In this document: piece after piece, positions 25,925 through 40,324 of the stretch | Layout: each line of letters opens with the position of its first letter | How positions within the stretch are numbered: position 1 is the stretch's first letter | Source of the DNA: Trichoplax adhaerens | Lineage: Eukaryota > Animalia > Placozoa | Reading direction: 5' to 3' | Assembly (NCBI RefSeq): GCF_000150275.1 | Contig: NW_002060956.1 | Location: 1 to 64,000, forward strand | DNA: 64,000 bases | Notes under the pieces: generated by a model | The model's database searches: none | What the model saw: only the letters and a program-made list of their open reading frames with translations | What the model was told of the DNA's origin: nothing | Position numbers and translations under genes: made by a program

Positions 25925-28900
25925 TTAGTGATGACTAACAGCATCAGTTTTACGGTCGGTTGACAAGACAAAATGATCGCAAGCCAAAATCGAAGTTGAA
26001 ACACTAATAGTAAAAAATTTAAGCCATAAACAATAACATTTAGAAACATGTCCCGTCTAGAGAATATTTCGAGGTATTAATGTTATCCGCTATAGATCAA
26101 ATACAACTAAATAACGAAACTATTCTAGTAGCAACATTTTATCTAAGTGATAATATAAAAGAGTATCTATCTTAACTATATAATATCATCATAGTAAAAA
26201 AGTTAACTGGCATTTAGCTAACCTATTTCGGGATTCCAATTCTAATTTATTTATTATTTTCGCAAATAGAAAAAATGTAATTTGACATTTTGATTTAGGG
26301 GAGGTTCGTAAGACATAAAGTTAATAAATATTCCCAAGGTACAGCAGTTAGCAAGTGCAATAGAAATGATGCGATTATCATTCCAGCTTACAAATTTGAT
26401 TAGCCTAAACGGATAATCATCGTCCTAAGAGAATAAATAAAAATACTGGTTTCGATTACCTGCCATCTCATTCAAATTGGGTGAACATCTTCCACTGTCT
26501 CTACATTCACGAGATGCATTCCCTGTAGAAACTGCAACTAATGGTATTTTAGCCTTCCAACTGAAATGCTTATTATCGGCCTGAATTAAAAATTGAAAAG
26601 AAGAGACAAATAAGCCGAAGTAATGTAACTGAATGATTGGATAAGATCATATAAATTACGAATCGATGTTGAATTAGTTTTAGACAGTAAGATATAACTT
26701 AAAATTAGTGTTTCTTATCATCCTTATTTCATCAAAAAATTGCGCTACATTGCAAAATTTTTGAATAATTCTCCATCATAAGTATTAAATGTGAATGATG
26801 TATCATACTCGCGTATCTCTGCCAATGTTGCCCATATAATTCGCTGGAAAAATCATAGAGCCGAATTTAAATCTTCTCCGAAAATAATCTTGTACCTGAA
26901 AGTCATTTATTAAATCAAGATGTAAATTACCGCTACTATCGTATTCTATTATCATAGCCGGTATTGAAAATGTTCCTCATAAAATACTATGTTACCAGCA
27001 TCTATAGTACTACTAGCATATCGCACTTAAAACTTTATGTAGGTATGTTATATGTATGTGAGATATAGATCTGGTATTACAACTTACATCACGATCTCGA
27101 TAACAGTGAAAGTAAAAAATTAGTAGCCCCTTCATACCAAAATAAATTAAAATACCATAGTCACCAATTAAGTCAATAGTAAAGGTTATTTTGATAGACA
27201 GAAAGCTTAGTGATAAAAATTAAACTTGATTTATGACTATAAAATAGGTAAGGACTTGCCTGTGGGCAATTTAATATTGTAAACAAGTAAGCAAAAGCAA
27301 TATTATCTGTAGCATAATACAAGACACCAAAGATCCAAGATATACCAAAAAGAAAGACTAATGAGATCACGGCTTTTATCCCGATTCTATATTTATAAAT
27401 GTGCGCACTTCAGTTCTTGATAAGTAATCCACAACTATGGAGAATCAATTTTATACAATTCCTGTCGCAAATCTAGATCGTAGCTATAATATCGCTGTTA
27501 TCCAGCATTAGTGTTATTTTCTTAGAAAATTAATATTAGGAATGTGTAATTTTGCGCTATACTTTAATTTTTGAATTTCAGATTTTCGGACCATAGCAGT
27601 TACTGAGAAAAGCGATCTGATAGCAGCAATCAAAACGGCAAGATTGCACTAAAGCATTCAGTTTAGAACAATAAATCAAAGCATCACTGATTAGTAAGAA
27701 TATTCGAAACAAATTTTACGCCAAGTTAGTGTTAAGTCAGGTAAGAACGGAATAGGTTAAGAATAAATAACCCACTAATGATACCCAAATCGTCATGGAT
27801 ATTGTCATAATTGCGCAAGATACCAAATTGATATTGAATTGCTAGATAAGATGTAGTTTGTGCATATTTCGATCATTACGTTGGAATAACAGCTGTAATT
27901 GCTATCTTACCACAAAGATTATAATGACTGGACCAACGAAAAACCACATTTGAAAACTTGTACTTCTAATCCAACAACTGTTAATATAAATTGCTATCAA
28001 TATCGATTTAATAGAAACAGAAATTCACAGTTTTCTGTTACAATACCGTTAGTATTGTAAAGTATAAATTTTATAATTTTGGACCTTAAAATGTACTTCA
28101 GTAAAAGTAGGTCTTAAATAAGACATTTATATTTTTAGAAGATCGCTATGTATTTGCTGATATACCGATACCTCACTGATACTAAATTTAATAAAACTAT
28201 TATTAGAGTATTTTAATATTATGATTATGATTGCATGTTTAATGTTATAGTCGCCGAACATTATTCTAGACAAGAGTCTTAGAAAAGTGGGATACCGTAG
28301 GAAAATCTGTTTACATATTTACTAGGTTGGTGAACACTTAATTAAGAGATAAAAATAGCAATAATAAACATCTTTAACGCGTAGACGTTTTCTATATAAC
28401 TAGAGTTTCTCTTAAAATAAAAATAACTGTTGTTAACAACTTTAGTTTAAAACTTGACTTTGTATCTTAAGTTAACTTGTGTTTTCTTGTTCCAACTACT
28501 GAATTGTGACATTATCAAGTATTTATAACTTACTAATCTGGATTTCGATATGCATCTAAACCAGATAGCGCTGATATAAGCACTATTACTACTGGAGGTG
28601 CTAATATGAGAGCCATTTGAAAAAAATTGTGCGAAAAACAAAAAGACAAACATTACTTAGGATTCAATATTTGCATAGTTATCGGACGGTCTTTTACAAT
28701 CTTCGGAATGAATAGCTCCTAAATAATTCTAACAATAGGCAATACTACGCTGACAATTAATATAAGATATTAGAACATTAACTATTAGCCGTCCTTATAT
28801 AACACCATACTAAAGTACACTGGATACCTAAAACTAAAGAAAGTGTGATATCGTTACCTTACTGAAGTAATCGGATACTTTAACCTACCCCATCCTAAAA

Positions 28901-31900
28901 CAAAATAGACCCTTCGAATGTTGGGATTTAGGTTTTTGCGGATAGAAGAAATTTTTTGCAAGAGCGTTAAGGCTGCCATCATCATCCACGTTAAACTAGC
29001 CAAATAGAAAAAGTGTAGTCCAATCGCAATCGCAGTACAAAGAAACTAAAATTGAAATAAAAGTAAAATTATTTAAATTGCACTAGTAAATTTCAAGCAA
29101 TTAATTTTTTACTATGACGTAACAGTAGCCAAGAAGTCTACAACTATCTGAGGGATAATAGCATTTATTATAGTGGTACGAGAATTTGATCTTAAGGACA
29201 TGAGATGAATCGTTTGCATGCTAAATCTTTAGAATATAGACTATATACGTTTCGAAAGACAGATGCAGGGTAAATACAGTAAACGAATCACTTGATAATC
29301 AAAATATTAAAATTTCTGAAAGCCTATATTTGATGATTTTTGCCTAAAAGTCATCATTAATTACCGGTATTTTTGCTGCACGTATACCAACTAAAAATCC
29401 ACAAATAGATACCGCCATAGCGATAGCTAAATTCAGATGAACGAAGCTCTTTACTGGATCTAGTTTTCTGTTTGAAAATATTAATGAAGACATTATTATT
29501 AAGATAGTATCGATATCCATTGAATTTACAGTACTGCAGATCAAGAAATGTTTGCGATTTTAGAAACTTTCTTGCTACCATTCTATTCAATGGATATTAT
29601 ATTATCAATAGCGTGGGTAACATGCAGATCTTATTTATTCAATGTAGATGATTTTATCGATAGTATCGATATCTTTTAAATAAATTATCCTTAACGAATG
29701 CTACCGTATGCTTAATCTGAATGTAAGTAGCTTGATCGCTACTGCATATTATTAATAAATTATTGTTGACTAATACATTACTGTTCTCATCCTTTATCTA
29801 TTCTTTTATTATTAGTAGCATATTATTGTGTTACAGTCATGCATCGCTGAGAATTTAAAATAAAAATTAAAAATAATTTCTCGTCGGCCTTTATTAAAGC
29901 TAAAAATTGGCCTTGCACTGTCTTGAATTATTTTATATCGTATTTTACAGAAATCTTACTAACCTGATGCTAATGAATATAGTTATCATGATAAGCAGAG
30001 CAAGTAGGGAAATGCTGCAGCCTATGTAAGTGATCCAACGGAGGGATATTTTGTATGGCCTGGCAAGCGCCTAAAACGGTAGTCGATTATTATCAGTTGA
30101 TGTAACATCGAATTCAGTAAGGTAAGATAGTTTATGATTACATTCAAAATCTTCTAAATTAACTATAGCATCTGCTGGAAGTAAATTGAACTTAAGTCTA
30201 CAGTAATTTGTGCTTTCTGAAGTGATATAAACTACGCAATAGAGAAAACTATCTTGCGTTCAAGAAAATGTGTAGTTTGAAAACGGTATTAACTAGTAAA
30301 ACAATGGATAAAGTACTGCCTAAGCAGATTGCAGCTTACGGTATGTTTAATAAACAAATTCTCCGTTAAGCATAAAATCTATAGTAAAAAGATGAGTAAT
30401 TTGCTGTTTTCTAAAACTATTATTGCCATCTATTATGTCATTGCCTATAAATAATTACACATCGACATTGTCTTTAAACTACGCTTAATTCATCAAAACC
30501 CTTAACTTCATTTCTTCTTACCTTAGAACGTTGCATAAGGACCGCAAAATTTGTAAAATGGACTGTCGTGCAGTGTACTTGAGTCGAATTGTATTCCAAT
30601 AATTCCATTCCGAATTCTGACCAATGACTTTATCATGATTATGCGCGTACATAATGAAGTATGAGCGTCGTTACGATTAGTAAGACAAAATCTTACGATA
30701 ATACACCTTTGCATGTTAAATTTTATTTAAAGTTTGGAGTAATATTATAATCACAAAATAAAGATACTTTATCCTTTTCAATCGTGGTAGACTAATGTTT
30801 GATCTTTCTCTTTTGAGCTACATTTACATGTTTTAGTGTTACATTTGTATTAGTATGGCAGTTAAGTTAACTTACTTCTTCTCCCAATATGTGCATTGAT
30901 AAGGTGGATTGGCCTAATAGAATAGCAACCGTAATTGTATTAGTTTTTAGTCAAAATAAAAAATAATCAATAAATTAATATGATCAAACTAAACTGACCT
31001 GCTGATTTTGTAGCTTAAAGTAGAAATGAACAGGTAATGCAAATTTATCAGCTTGCAGTGGATACACGGAACAAGACAAGAAAGTGGAAATGATGACACT
31101 AGAGAAAATTTAAGTAACACTACTTAAAAATATCTGCACTATTAATGAAGTGAAAGAATTTGAAACCTCAATGAGTACCGTAGTCAGTTTTATGTCATAT
31201 GATTGTGTAAATTTAAACCTATACCTGTCGTTATTGCTTTCATGAGTATTGTTTTTTGCCCAACTTGTGCCTACATTATACGATCTCACTACCACCGTGA
31301 CAGAATCGTCTAAATGGTATTTATAAAATTATAAGCAAGCGGACTATTATCAAGTTTGGCAGGACAATAAAGTTACATGTATGATTACAATTTGTTCATC
31401 CAGTAGTTTCGTAAAATTGGATATACAGTATATTTAAAATTATACTATGAAATAACCTAAAAATATCGTCTGTTCAGAGAAAACTAATTTCAATATTACT
31501 TCCGAGTTTTATCAACACAGGTACTATAGATCAGATTACGACTAAAATAAGGATATCACTAAAAATACGATACGCATCAAGTACCCTGATCAGAAAATTG
31601 GAAAGCCGAACGGGGAATCTCTACTCCGACTACAGGCTCGTCGGATAATGATAATGCTAAATTAATGGTTGGCTTGGTATCTGATAATGAAATTCCTTGA
31701 ATGATTAATTCTTTTCATAAGATGAAAGCCACCAGTGGGCAGTGGGATAAATCACAAGAAATAAAAATTAGTTAGTTAAAGTGATCTTACTAACTTGATC
31801 ATAATAGTTTACTTTATATAAATTCAGTATATCAGCAATAACGATCTCACAAGTACGATTCCATTTTTGAAATAGTAACTTAATCGTAGCAATACTACAT

Positions 31901-34900
31901 ATGAAAGCGTTAATATTACGAACTTTTAAGAAACCTAATGATATACATTTAAAATTACAATACGCTATAACAATTTTAACACTAGTTATCTTCAGTAAAT
32001 ACCCGATTGAGGTGTAGCGAAAGTAAATCGCGTAGTAATGTTAGCTTGATGAATTTCTCTTGCCAAATTTGCATCAAATTTATCGATTCGCTTGAAAACA
32101 GTATTTTTATTCTATAGAAAGGAATATAGATGTGACTGATCTGGTCAAATATTTATTGTTGCTAGTTCTAATTATCCTATCTCAATCAGTTAAAAGTATC
32201 ATATACGATCCAAATAAATTATGATTTTATCTCTTCTAGTGTAATGAAATTGGTCTTTACAAAGACAATTTCATTGATGTTTCATTCATTTTGAATGAAA
32301 CATCAAGGTATGAAACTTTACTACTATGATATTCTAATAGACATCCCTATTTTGCAAACCTTTTCAACTTCATTTCTGATACTTGCCATAAATTGACTGT
32401 TAGCAAGTTGTATCTTCGTAATCTATATAATCAGTAAAAGTGTGGGTATTTTAACTTATACAGCGAAATTGAATATTCATTCTTGGTTAATACCATTCTA
32501 TCATACCCCTATATTGCAACATACATATGTAAATATTATTGTCAGATGGCACTAGGAAGATTTAAGAATCTAATACTGCTTAGTATGTTAATCTTTGTTT
32601 GAATGTAATGACTACTAACTTTATTAGATATAAGGTACGGTACTGTATCAGGTTACCCCTAACAGCCAATATACGGTATTTCAATTTTAAAGAAAATAGT
32701 GGACAGCCGACTATTTTACGCCACATACTTTACTGCTCTACTATATATTACCATCATATAGTGTGTTTACCAGGTCTCTACATGTTTTAATGACAGTAAA
32801 TGTATGTATTATTCTTATACTAAAAGTTGTAGAAAGTACTCTACTCATACGTCGGTTTAAATCACATCTTTTTTAATTTTACTTATATGGAAACTTTTTA
32901 AACACACCGTACTTTCAAGTTACACAACTGCTTAAATTTTGCTGAAAATACTACAGTAACCATCTAGTCAGTAAGCTTGCTAAAAGTTTTACAGTTACTA
33001 TACGGTGTTTTAATTTTAAAGATACTAGCTCAGCAGCCCGTCGTTTAATTGCCGACAGTATGCATAAGAAATCTTATGATTATCATTAACCATTTCATTA
33101 TTCTCGACATCAGGTGCAATATGGCTTTCGCTATCCAAGGACGAAGGCTGATACAGTAGAGTACTTGCGGTTGCTATCGTAATAATAATAATGTAGTATT
33201 AATGAAATAGTGAAAGGATAAAGATCATAAGATATTAGGACCAATTAAAATTACACCGCACGATGTTGTAGAAACAGTATAGTCATAACTGCTCTTTAAA
33301 TTAGAGACGTAAAGAGGACTGAAATCAATGATGATTTATTACCGGTAATAGCTGTAGTGGTGGAAACGATACTCGAACTGTCAGATTTCAACAAATCGGA
33401 TAAATGTTGATGATGGATAGTTGTACGCTCTGTATCGCACACACTTGCACTTCCAATAGAGATATCATTGGCACTGAAATTATCTATTAGAGCATCCAAT
33501 GATCTTAAATTATCAACAAGCTTGAAATGAAGTACATAAAAAGCGAAAGTGCACAAATTTACTTGTTGAAGGAAAATGATTTTCAAAGGCACTAGAGCTG
33601 ATATGAAAGTAGCAAGTATCGGAAGCCTTCAATTGTACTTGACTCGTTGTACTCGCAGGCATGATGATACTCATACCAGAATTATTATTGGTCCGTAAAT
33701 TACTTAAGACTGATTGATCATGGAAACTTTCGTCATCACTTACAACAATCACACTTGTTACCGAAGTCATTTTAGAAGTTTTATCCATAATACTCGACGA
33801 GATAGTGGACAAGGCTAATGAATCCTCGTACGCTTTTGAATTAGCATCAAAATCTAATGTAGTGGTAGCAATCACTTGCGAGGTGCTAGACATGGTTGCA
33901 ATTTTGTTACTATCAAAATCAACATTAACCAAGAAGCTAGAGGATGAAAGCTGATTATAGATGTTGGTACTGTCTTCACCCACTATCACGCTTGCTGTTG
34001 AGATAATATTTTAGAGTATTATTGATATGGACAATAAATAATGTAGATAGATATTTTCACACTTACTTGAATTATAGATGGAATTAAAAATAGCAGTTGG
34101 TAGAAATTGCGTTTCGCTACTTGCTATCATGCCAATATTGACTAATAAATTAGACGACAAAGACGAATAATGGTTCTGGCTAGTAGAGCTTTCTCTATCA
34201 CTAGCTATCTTATTTGTTATTAAGAAAATATTCACTTCATTATCAGCGACAGAAACGGATGATATTGATGGATCCTCGTTCTTGCTTGAAGTAATAATCA
34301 AATTTAAATTACTAGATGGTAGTAACTGTGATCCACCTGTAGTCGTGAAAGTCGAATTACTAGTATAGCTGTTACTCAGTAATAAGCTAGATGAAGTTGA
34401 ATGATCATCTCGGACTACTGAACTTTCTTCATCATTACTACTATAGCTGCTACTAAGTAATAAACTAGATGAAGTTGAATTATCATCTCGGACTACTAAA
34501 CTTTCTTCAGTACTAACTATCGTTTCTGCTGTTGAAACGGTCTCGATATTACTATCAACAGCCAAAGAGGACAATGATGGAGACCCATTTACATACTTAG
34601 CTGAAGTCAATAATTCTAATTCACTGGAAGTACTGTCGCTTAGGATTCTAGTATTGGTGGATAAGGTAGTCAATGATGATGATAGTAAATTTATGCCATT
34701 ATTTTCAGTATCCCATCGCACAGTTATAGAAGTGGATAGATCTAACTGACCATTAGCAGTTGTTGTTAAAATAATATTTTCGCTGATTGAAGTTGACATC
34801 TCCACAAGGGAATTTAGTTGGCTAGTAGAAACAGTTGACGTTGCTGAACTTGTGCAGGTAATACTTGAAGAAGTGGAAGAAGATACGCTAATTGGTCTTT

Positions 34901-37900
34901 GACAAATGTATTTAAGATCAGTAGCACAGTCATCATCACGCCAGTAAAAATTTGATGAATCAAGCTTGACAATATGAACACATCTATTGCTAGCATTCAT
35001 TGGATAATTAGTCTTCCAAAACTGTGAACCAGTTGTAACACTTCGACCAGTTGCCATCCAGTAATAATCGCTGATGACATTGTATCCCGATCTATCTTTT
35101 AACCCTATCCAGTAATTTGCTACAGATTCTAGAATTTCATCTAGGTTTCCATGAATTGTAGGGGTATTGTCAACTGCTAAGTCACCACCAGGAAATACTT
35201 GACAAGCAGTCCGGGCATTATCAAAAGATTTAATAGTTGAAAAACCCTTAAAACAACCATCAGCTATTCCTGTCCATCCATCAGCACATTCTTCTGTTCA
35301 TAACAGATTTGATAATTAGCTAAAATTTAAAATTTCGTATTCTACTGCATTTTAAACATATTAACAATAAAGTTACGTCTAGAAAGTTAGGATCAGTCAC
35401 TTGATTACAGAAAGTGTAGTACGACCGCATTGTCTAGATAAGCGCAGAAAATTACTCTTTTCAATTTTAAACTAAAGGTTACCCAAATCTTAGAATGTCG
35501 AATAAAGTTACTGTGTTACTAAAGATTAGCTTCATTTTCATCAATCTCATCATACAAGAAGACTCTATAACAAAAATATAACTAAGTCTTGGAGGATAAG
35601 ATTTACCGAAAAGAGATACATATTTAGAAATTTATCAAAAGCTAATTGAGCTCAATATTTACCGATATTATTACTACTATGGATTGATCTCACTCCCTCT
35701 TAAACTACACTTATGCTAATTTTTAACTTACTACCCTAGTTATGTCATAATTATCGCTATTGTAACCTTACTTTGTCTGTATTATCCTACAGCCAAGGTT
35801 ATTTTGAGTATTTTCTATAGTATATCAGGGCATCATTTTCAGTAATCAGACTTGCTATAACGTAACTTAGTATGGGATTATAGATTCTTAGCCATGATTA
35901 GTATGATTTACGATAGCGTAACTTTCTATATTTATCTTAAGATATATTTAGTAGATCATAAGCATAAACTGTAGTGGAAAATTCTATGCTGCAGTATCGA
36001 TGGGTATATACTGTACAGTAGCTTATCGAGTAACTATAAAGGTTAGAGGTAAAAATAAAACTATAATTTATATATTAAAACTTGTTCAGTTCATCGTACT
36101 CTGACTGATACAAATAGTGTCTACGTAAGTACTGTAGTAGTTTTTGTATTGGATTAATGAAGGGCCGTTGTAAAATACTGCTACTAATATTAATCTGAAT
36201 AAATGTAAAATATGGTAGAATATGCGATGCTGATTGTAACTGCGAATGTTACGAAAAGTATATAAGCTGGCAACTTAGATTATTCTAGAAGTTCTTTCTA
36301 GAAGTACTTAGTCCTTAGCACTATGTACATCGCTTAACCTTCATTTCTATCACGGGCAAACAAACAAACTTTCATTGTTATATATGCAAGAGTTATTTTT
36401 CCTCACCAACATTGTTTAAAGCTAATATCTACTTCATTAATTCTTTCTTGCTAGTATAATAAATCTGTTTTTCTAATAATTGTAGTTGTCTTTACAATTA
36501 ATATATGTAATCATTAGCTATGGTTTCCTTACATCAAGAAAGCAAATCATTCAAGAATAAACTAATCAAGTACTCAGAAATTTAATCTATTAGTATATTT
36601 CTGTAATAAATCCGATATATAATTACTTAGATCTTATATTGAGCAATGCCAACTTAACTAACCTTGAGCATTTACTGTCATCACGATGATGCAAAAGACC
36701 TAAGTAAATTAAGATAATAAAATCAATTCACATAATAGAAAGTAGCAGAAATTTATTAATCACGCCGTACAATTTTAGGCTTTTGCGGCAATTTATTCCA
36801 TCATAATTATAATTCTAAATATTTAATTATTACGGTGTTGCCTTGCCGTTAAGATAGTTTAATAAGTACAGTAGTAGCCAATATAGAAAGTATCCATATT
36901 TGTAGTGCTAGGCAAGATAAGTAACGACTAAACGTGGATGTTATTTGTGATAGTTCATTACAGATTTGATAAAGATTGTTATTGTGTGATAGACGTAGTA
37001 AAATGATTCAAGTTTTAGTTGATGATAGTTGAATTAGACAACCTACATGCTTAGATTAAGATTATGTATGAGTAAGGCATTCAAAATATTTACTGATAAA
37101 AAGCTACGTAAGGAACTTCTCAGTTTAAGATGTTTCTCCAAGTAATAATAATAATGCTGTTGTTATTTACAAATTAGACGGTTTCTATACAAACGGGAAC
37201 ATTTGAGTTGAGTTGTATGGTGAAAATTTGTAGATGTATCTTTGCTAATATAAGTTTTATCTTCGCTGTATTTTGCTGTATGTGTTTAAGGTTAAGTAAA
37301 AGGGCGTTCTAGTCAGTAGCTACTTATGGGCTTTTACTGTACATTACCTTATCGTAGAGTTGAAATTGCGGCATCAATACAGCGAAGAGACTCAATAAAT
37401 TGATGAAACAGATATTGTAGAATTATCGTAGCGCTAAATATTTGCATAGCGGTCAAATTTGAGGTCATAATCTATCGATCAGAAAATAGTATGGCTTTAA
37501 AGTAAAATGAATAATTTATTAGGTATATCATGGAATTATTATAGGGTAAGATTACATAAAACTAGATAAAAAGCGAATTAGCTATAAACTATGAGAAATT
37601 TTTAATTATTAGCTTCGAAAATTTAAAAATGTTACAATGCTATCAGTATCGTAAAGCATAAATCTTATAATTTATCAACCATTATCTACTTGAGTAGAGG
37701 TATGTCCCAGGGCATTTATATACTTAGAAAGTCCACATGTAGTTGTTATGTAGCTTATTATTGTAAAATTTAGTAGAAACTATCATGAGTATGTTTGATA
37801 ATGTGTACGTCTGTAACTTACTTGTCTGGTGCTGCGACTTCAGAACATTACTTTAAACAAGGGAAGTATAAAGAGTAAGATAATGTAGGAAAACCTATTT

Positions 37901-38579
37901 GTATATTTACTAGTATTATAAATCCCAAGTTAGGAATAGTGATAGTGAAAATAATATGTTTTTGTTGACTATATTTCCTATTTAACTCGGATCTTTTCGT
38001 TTAATAAAAATTTACTAAAACTATACGAGTCTTGTCGTAGCCAAGACTTTGATTCTGTGTTTCAATGATAAGAAGTTCTTTCTATTACAACGATGGGCTG
38101 TGGCAAAAAGACATTGCTAATAGAATACCTACAACTAAAACTCATATCACTGCTTCAGAATATTCAAAATTACACAATAGCCAACTTGATATGATCAGAT
38201 TTTAGTTGGGTTCTTAGCTATAACCTTTAATATTTGCAAAATAAGCAATTACGCGTGTAATAGTAGTTAAATTGTATACGCTCATATATATATATATTGC
38301 TATAGAAACGTAAGAATATAAGTATGAGTCTAAAAGTGGATATGGACTTGAAATAAAATACTTTAATCTTAACTGAGGTAAATAGTGCTTCATTTAAAGC
38401 ATAGAATATCGGAATAAAATTAATTAGTAAAGAGAACGCGAAATAATTTACTAGCCGTATCCGAAGTATTCGCCATTATTACCATAAACCTTAAATAATA
38501 TAAAGTAAAATATTAAAAATGTCAAAATTACCAAAATAAATAATATTCGATTTATTCGGCTAGAGCGAAGGGAGATCAT
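25925..38579 (-). CDS. Adhesion GPCR 'gene B', same architecture (~1220 aa)
   Basis: Exons: 38579-38532 (MISLRSSRINRILFIL), 36699-36663, 35293-34067, 33994-33563, 33483-33343, 33173-33091, 32422-32360, 32111-32003, 31710-31585, 31309-31225, 31098-30999, 30913-30876, 30627-30522, 30070-29964, 29467-29365, 29045-28889, 28600-28534, 27977-27911, 27648-27563, 27386-27260 (GC donor), 27129-27088, 26895-26809, 26580-26460, 26241-26223, 26003-25925. GPS CTYW..WSEFG..HCTTVHF|TNFAVLM. Exon sizes and phases match gene A. Confidence 0.92.
28036..28511 (+). mobile_element. Solo-LTR-like insertion, family R4, in a gene B intron
   Basis: TGTTACA...TGTGACA termini, TTTTC/TTATC TSD. The 3' part recurs at ~39400-39591. 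Confidence 0.65.
34356..34510 (-). repeat. 78-bp in-frame tandem duplication in the gene B stalk
   Basis: EESLVVRDDNSTSSSLLLSSSYSSN-D-EESSVVRDDHSTSSSLLLSNSYTSN. Confidence 0.9.
35856..36312 (+). mobile_element. Older diverged R3 LTR copy
   Basis: Colinear similarity to 40325-40770 (gtaacttagtat, ttagccatg, gtctacgtaagtactgtagt, gtattggattaatga, gcgaatg.tacg.aaagtata). Confidence 0.7.
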
Positions 38580-39178
38580 TATTGCAGCAACTTGGTAATA
38601 AGAGATATTAACGATATACTGTATTAATTCAATACTATTTGTTCACATCTACGTGCTATCTAAACTATATATGATATACTGAACACCTAAAATATTCTAC
38701 TTTTAATTCTCTTAGCACTATCATGAGTTAAATAATTTGCAATATTTACTTATAGTAATAAGTCCACTGAATTTGGGCATCATCAACAATAAAACAACAT
38801 CTGGAGTATACGTCAGACCAAGAATAAAGAAGAAAACTGTTTGATAAAAATATATTTTTAGGCAGTATAGCAACCGAGAGCATTGCCATGTTAGATGTAA
38901 ATATTGTTTACTGTAATCTGTAATTAAGTAATTGATTTTGAGCATCAATGCAACAACATCATTACTTTATGATCATTCTTGAACACCTGATATAACATTG
39001 ATACAATTGTGCAAGTAATTTCAGAAATTGTTTCAAAGAATGACGCATTGCATTAATTTTTTTCTTTTCTTTAAGTGGTGATGCATCTGTGCGGAATATC
39101 CGATACGATAATCTATTATATGTACTGATATGATTCCAATTGAGATGTAGATATAAATACTGGAGTACCGCATTGAAT

Positions 39179-39591
39179 TGTGGTATAACCGATCACGAAA
39201 TTACAAAATTGCTAGAAAATAAGAACTTCTTCAGATCTTTATACAACATAATCTACACACAACTCTACTCTAGCCGAATACAACTACTAGAAAGACTTCT
39301 AGACATAATTACTGAATAATCAAAAATTGCCTACTTAAATGCTCTTCGTAACATTTGCAGTTACAATCCGCACAGCAACAATTAAATTTGTTTATGCGTT
39401 TACTAGGGTGATGAAGGCTGAATGAAGAGATAGAGATAGCAATAATAACATGTTTATGCATAGAAGTTTTCCATACAACCAGAATTTTTCTTGAAAGAAA
39501 GATAACTGATATTAATGACTTTAGTTCTAAACTTGAATTTAAATCTTAGGTTAACTTGTATTTTTCTTGTTCTATCTACTGAATTGTAGCA
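39179..39591. mobile_element. Composite of truncated R3 (39179-~39380) and R4 (~39400-39591) LTR fragments
   Basis: First part matches 16483-16683; second part matches 28321-28511. Confidence 0.7.
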
Positions 39592-40324
39592 GTGCTATGT
39601 TAATTAGCAGATTTAGCTATTAAAAATGAATTAATGACAGTATCATCGATAGATTAAGATAAGCTTTCTGCCTTGGGAAGAAATTATGAATAACTAGTCT
39701 AGAAGACATCTCTAGAGTGTAACTGTCTTTTACATCAAATTAATACTGTGCACTAACATTATTAGGTTCTATTAATTATAGATGAAATTACAGCATGATG
39801 TTTAAGAAATAATGCGATCCGATTTCTAAATAATAAGTTCTGGTATTGATTTATAAATAGAATGCTTAGGTGATAATTAATAAACTTTCTTCTAGTACGA
39901 ATCTTCATGGATAACTCTTGATTTAAGTTGTTTCTAAAGAATACTCTAGTTTCCATCCGCTGCTTATTTAATAGGATAACGTTTATTAAGCTTTTTTGCA
40001 TTTATGGTTTACAGATTTTTTCGCTAGTTCTTTAAACGTACGAATACTTTTCCTTAATCAATGCTAATTCACGAATTAACAAATAACTAGGAATATATAC
40101 TACAATATCATTGCGTACGTATAGGAGAATTGATTCAAAAAATATGCAACCTGATTTCGATGATCAACATCGTAAATTTACAAAATAGAATATACAGTAT
40201 ACAGTCTTCTAATACCTCGAATAAATCAAACTTCTTAATAACTAATCATTAATTAACGATTTACATTATAAATATACTACATCAGAAACTGAAATGTATC
40301 TTACTGTCGATCCCAATACTATCT

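Larger units (their letters stand above)
24606..26134 (-). repeat. ~455-bp tandem duplication (24606-25062 vs 25683-26134) containing the gene B terminal exon and 3'UTR, separated by an LTR
   Basis: Colinear similarity from catat.ggc.tagaagctta through tccatccggaatcagta to ctattctagtagcaa. Confidence 0.9.

Noticed and set aside
34011-34013. In-frame TAA as evidence that gene B is a pseudogene or uses stop read-through
   Set aside because: It lies inside a canonical 72-nt GTAAGT...CAG intron.
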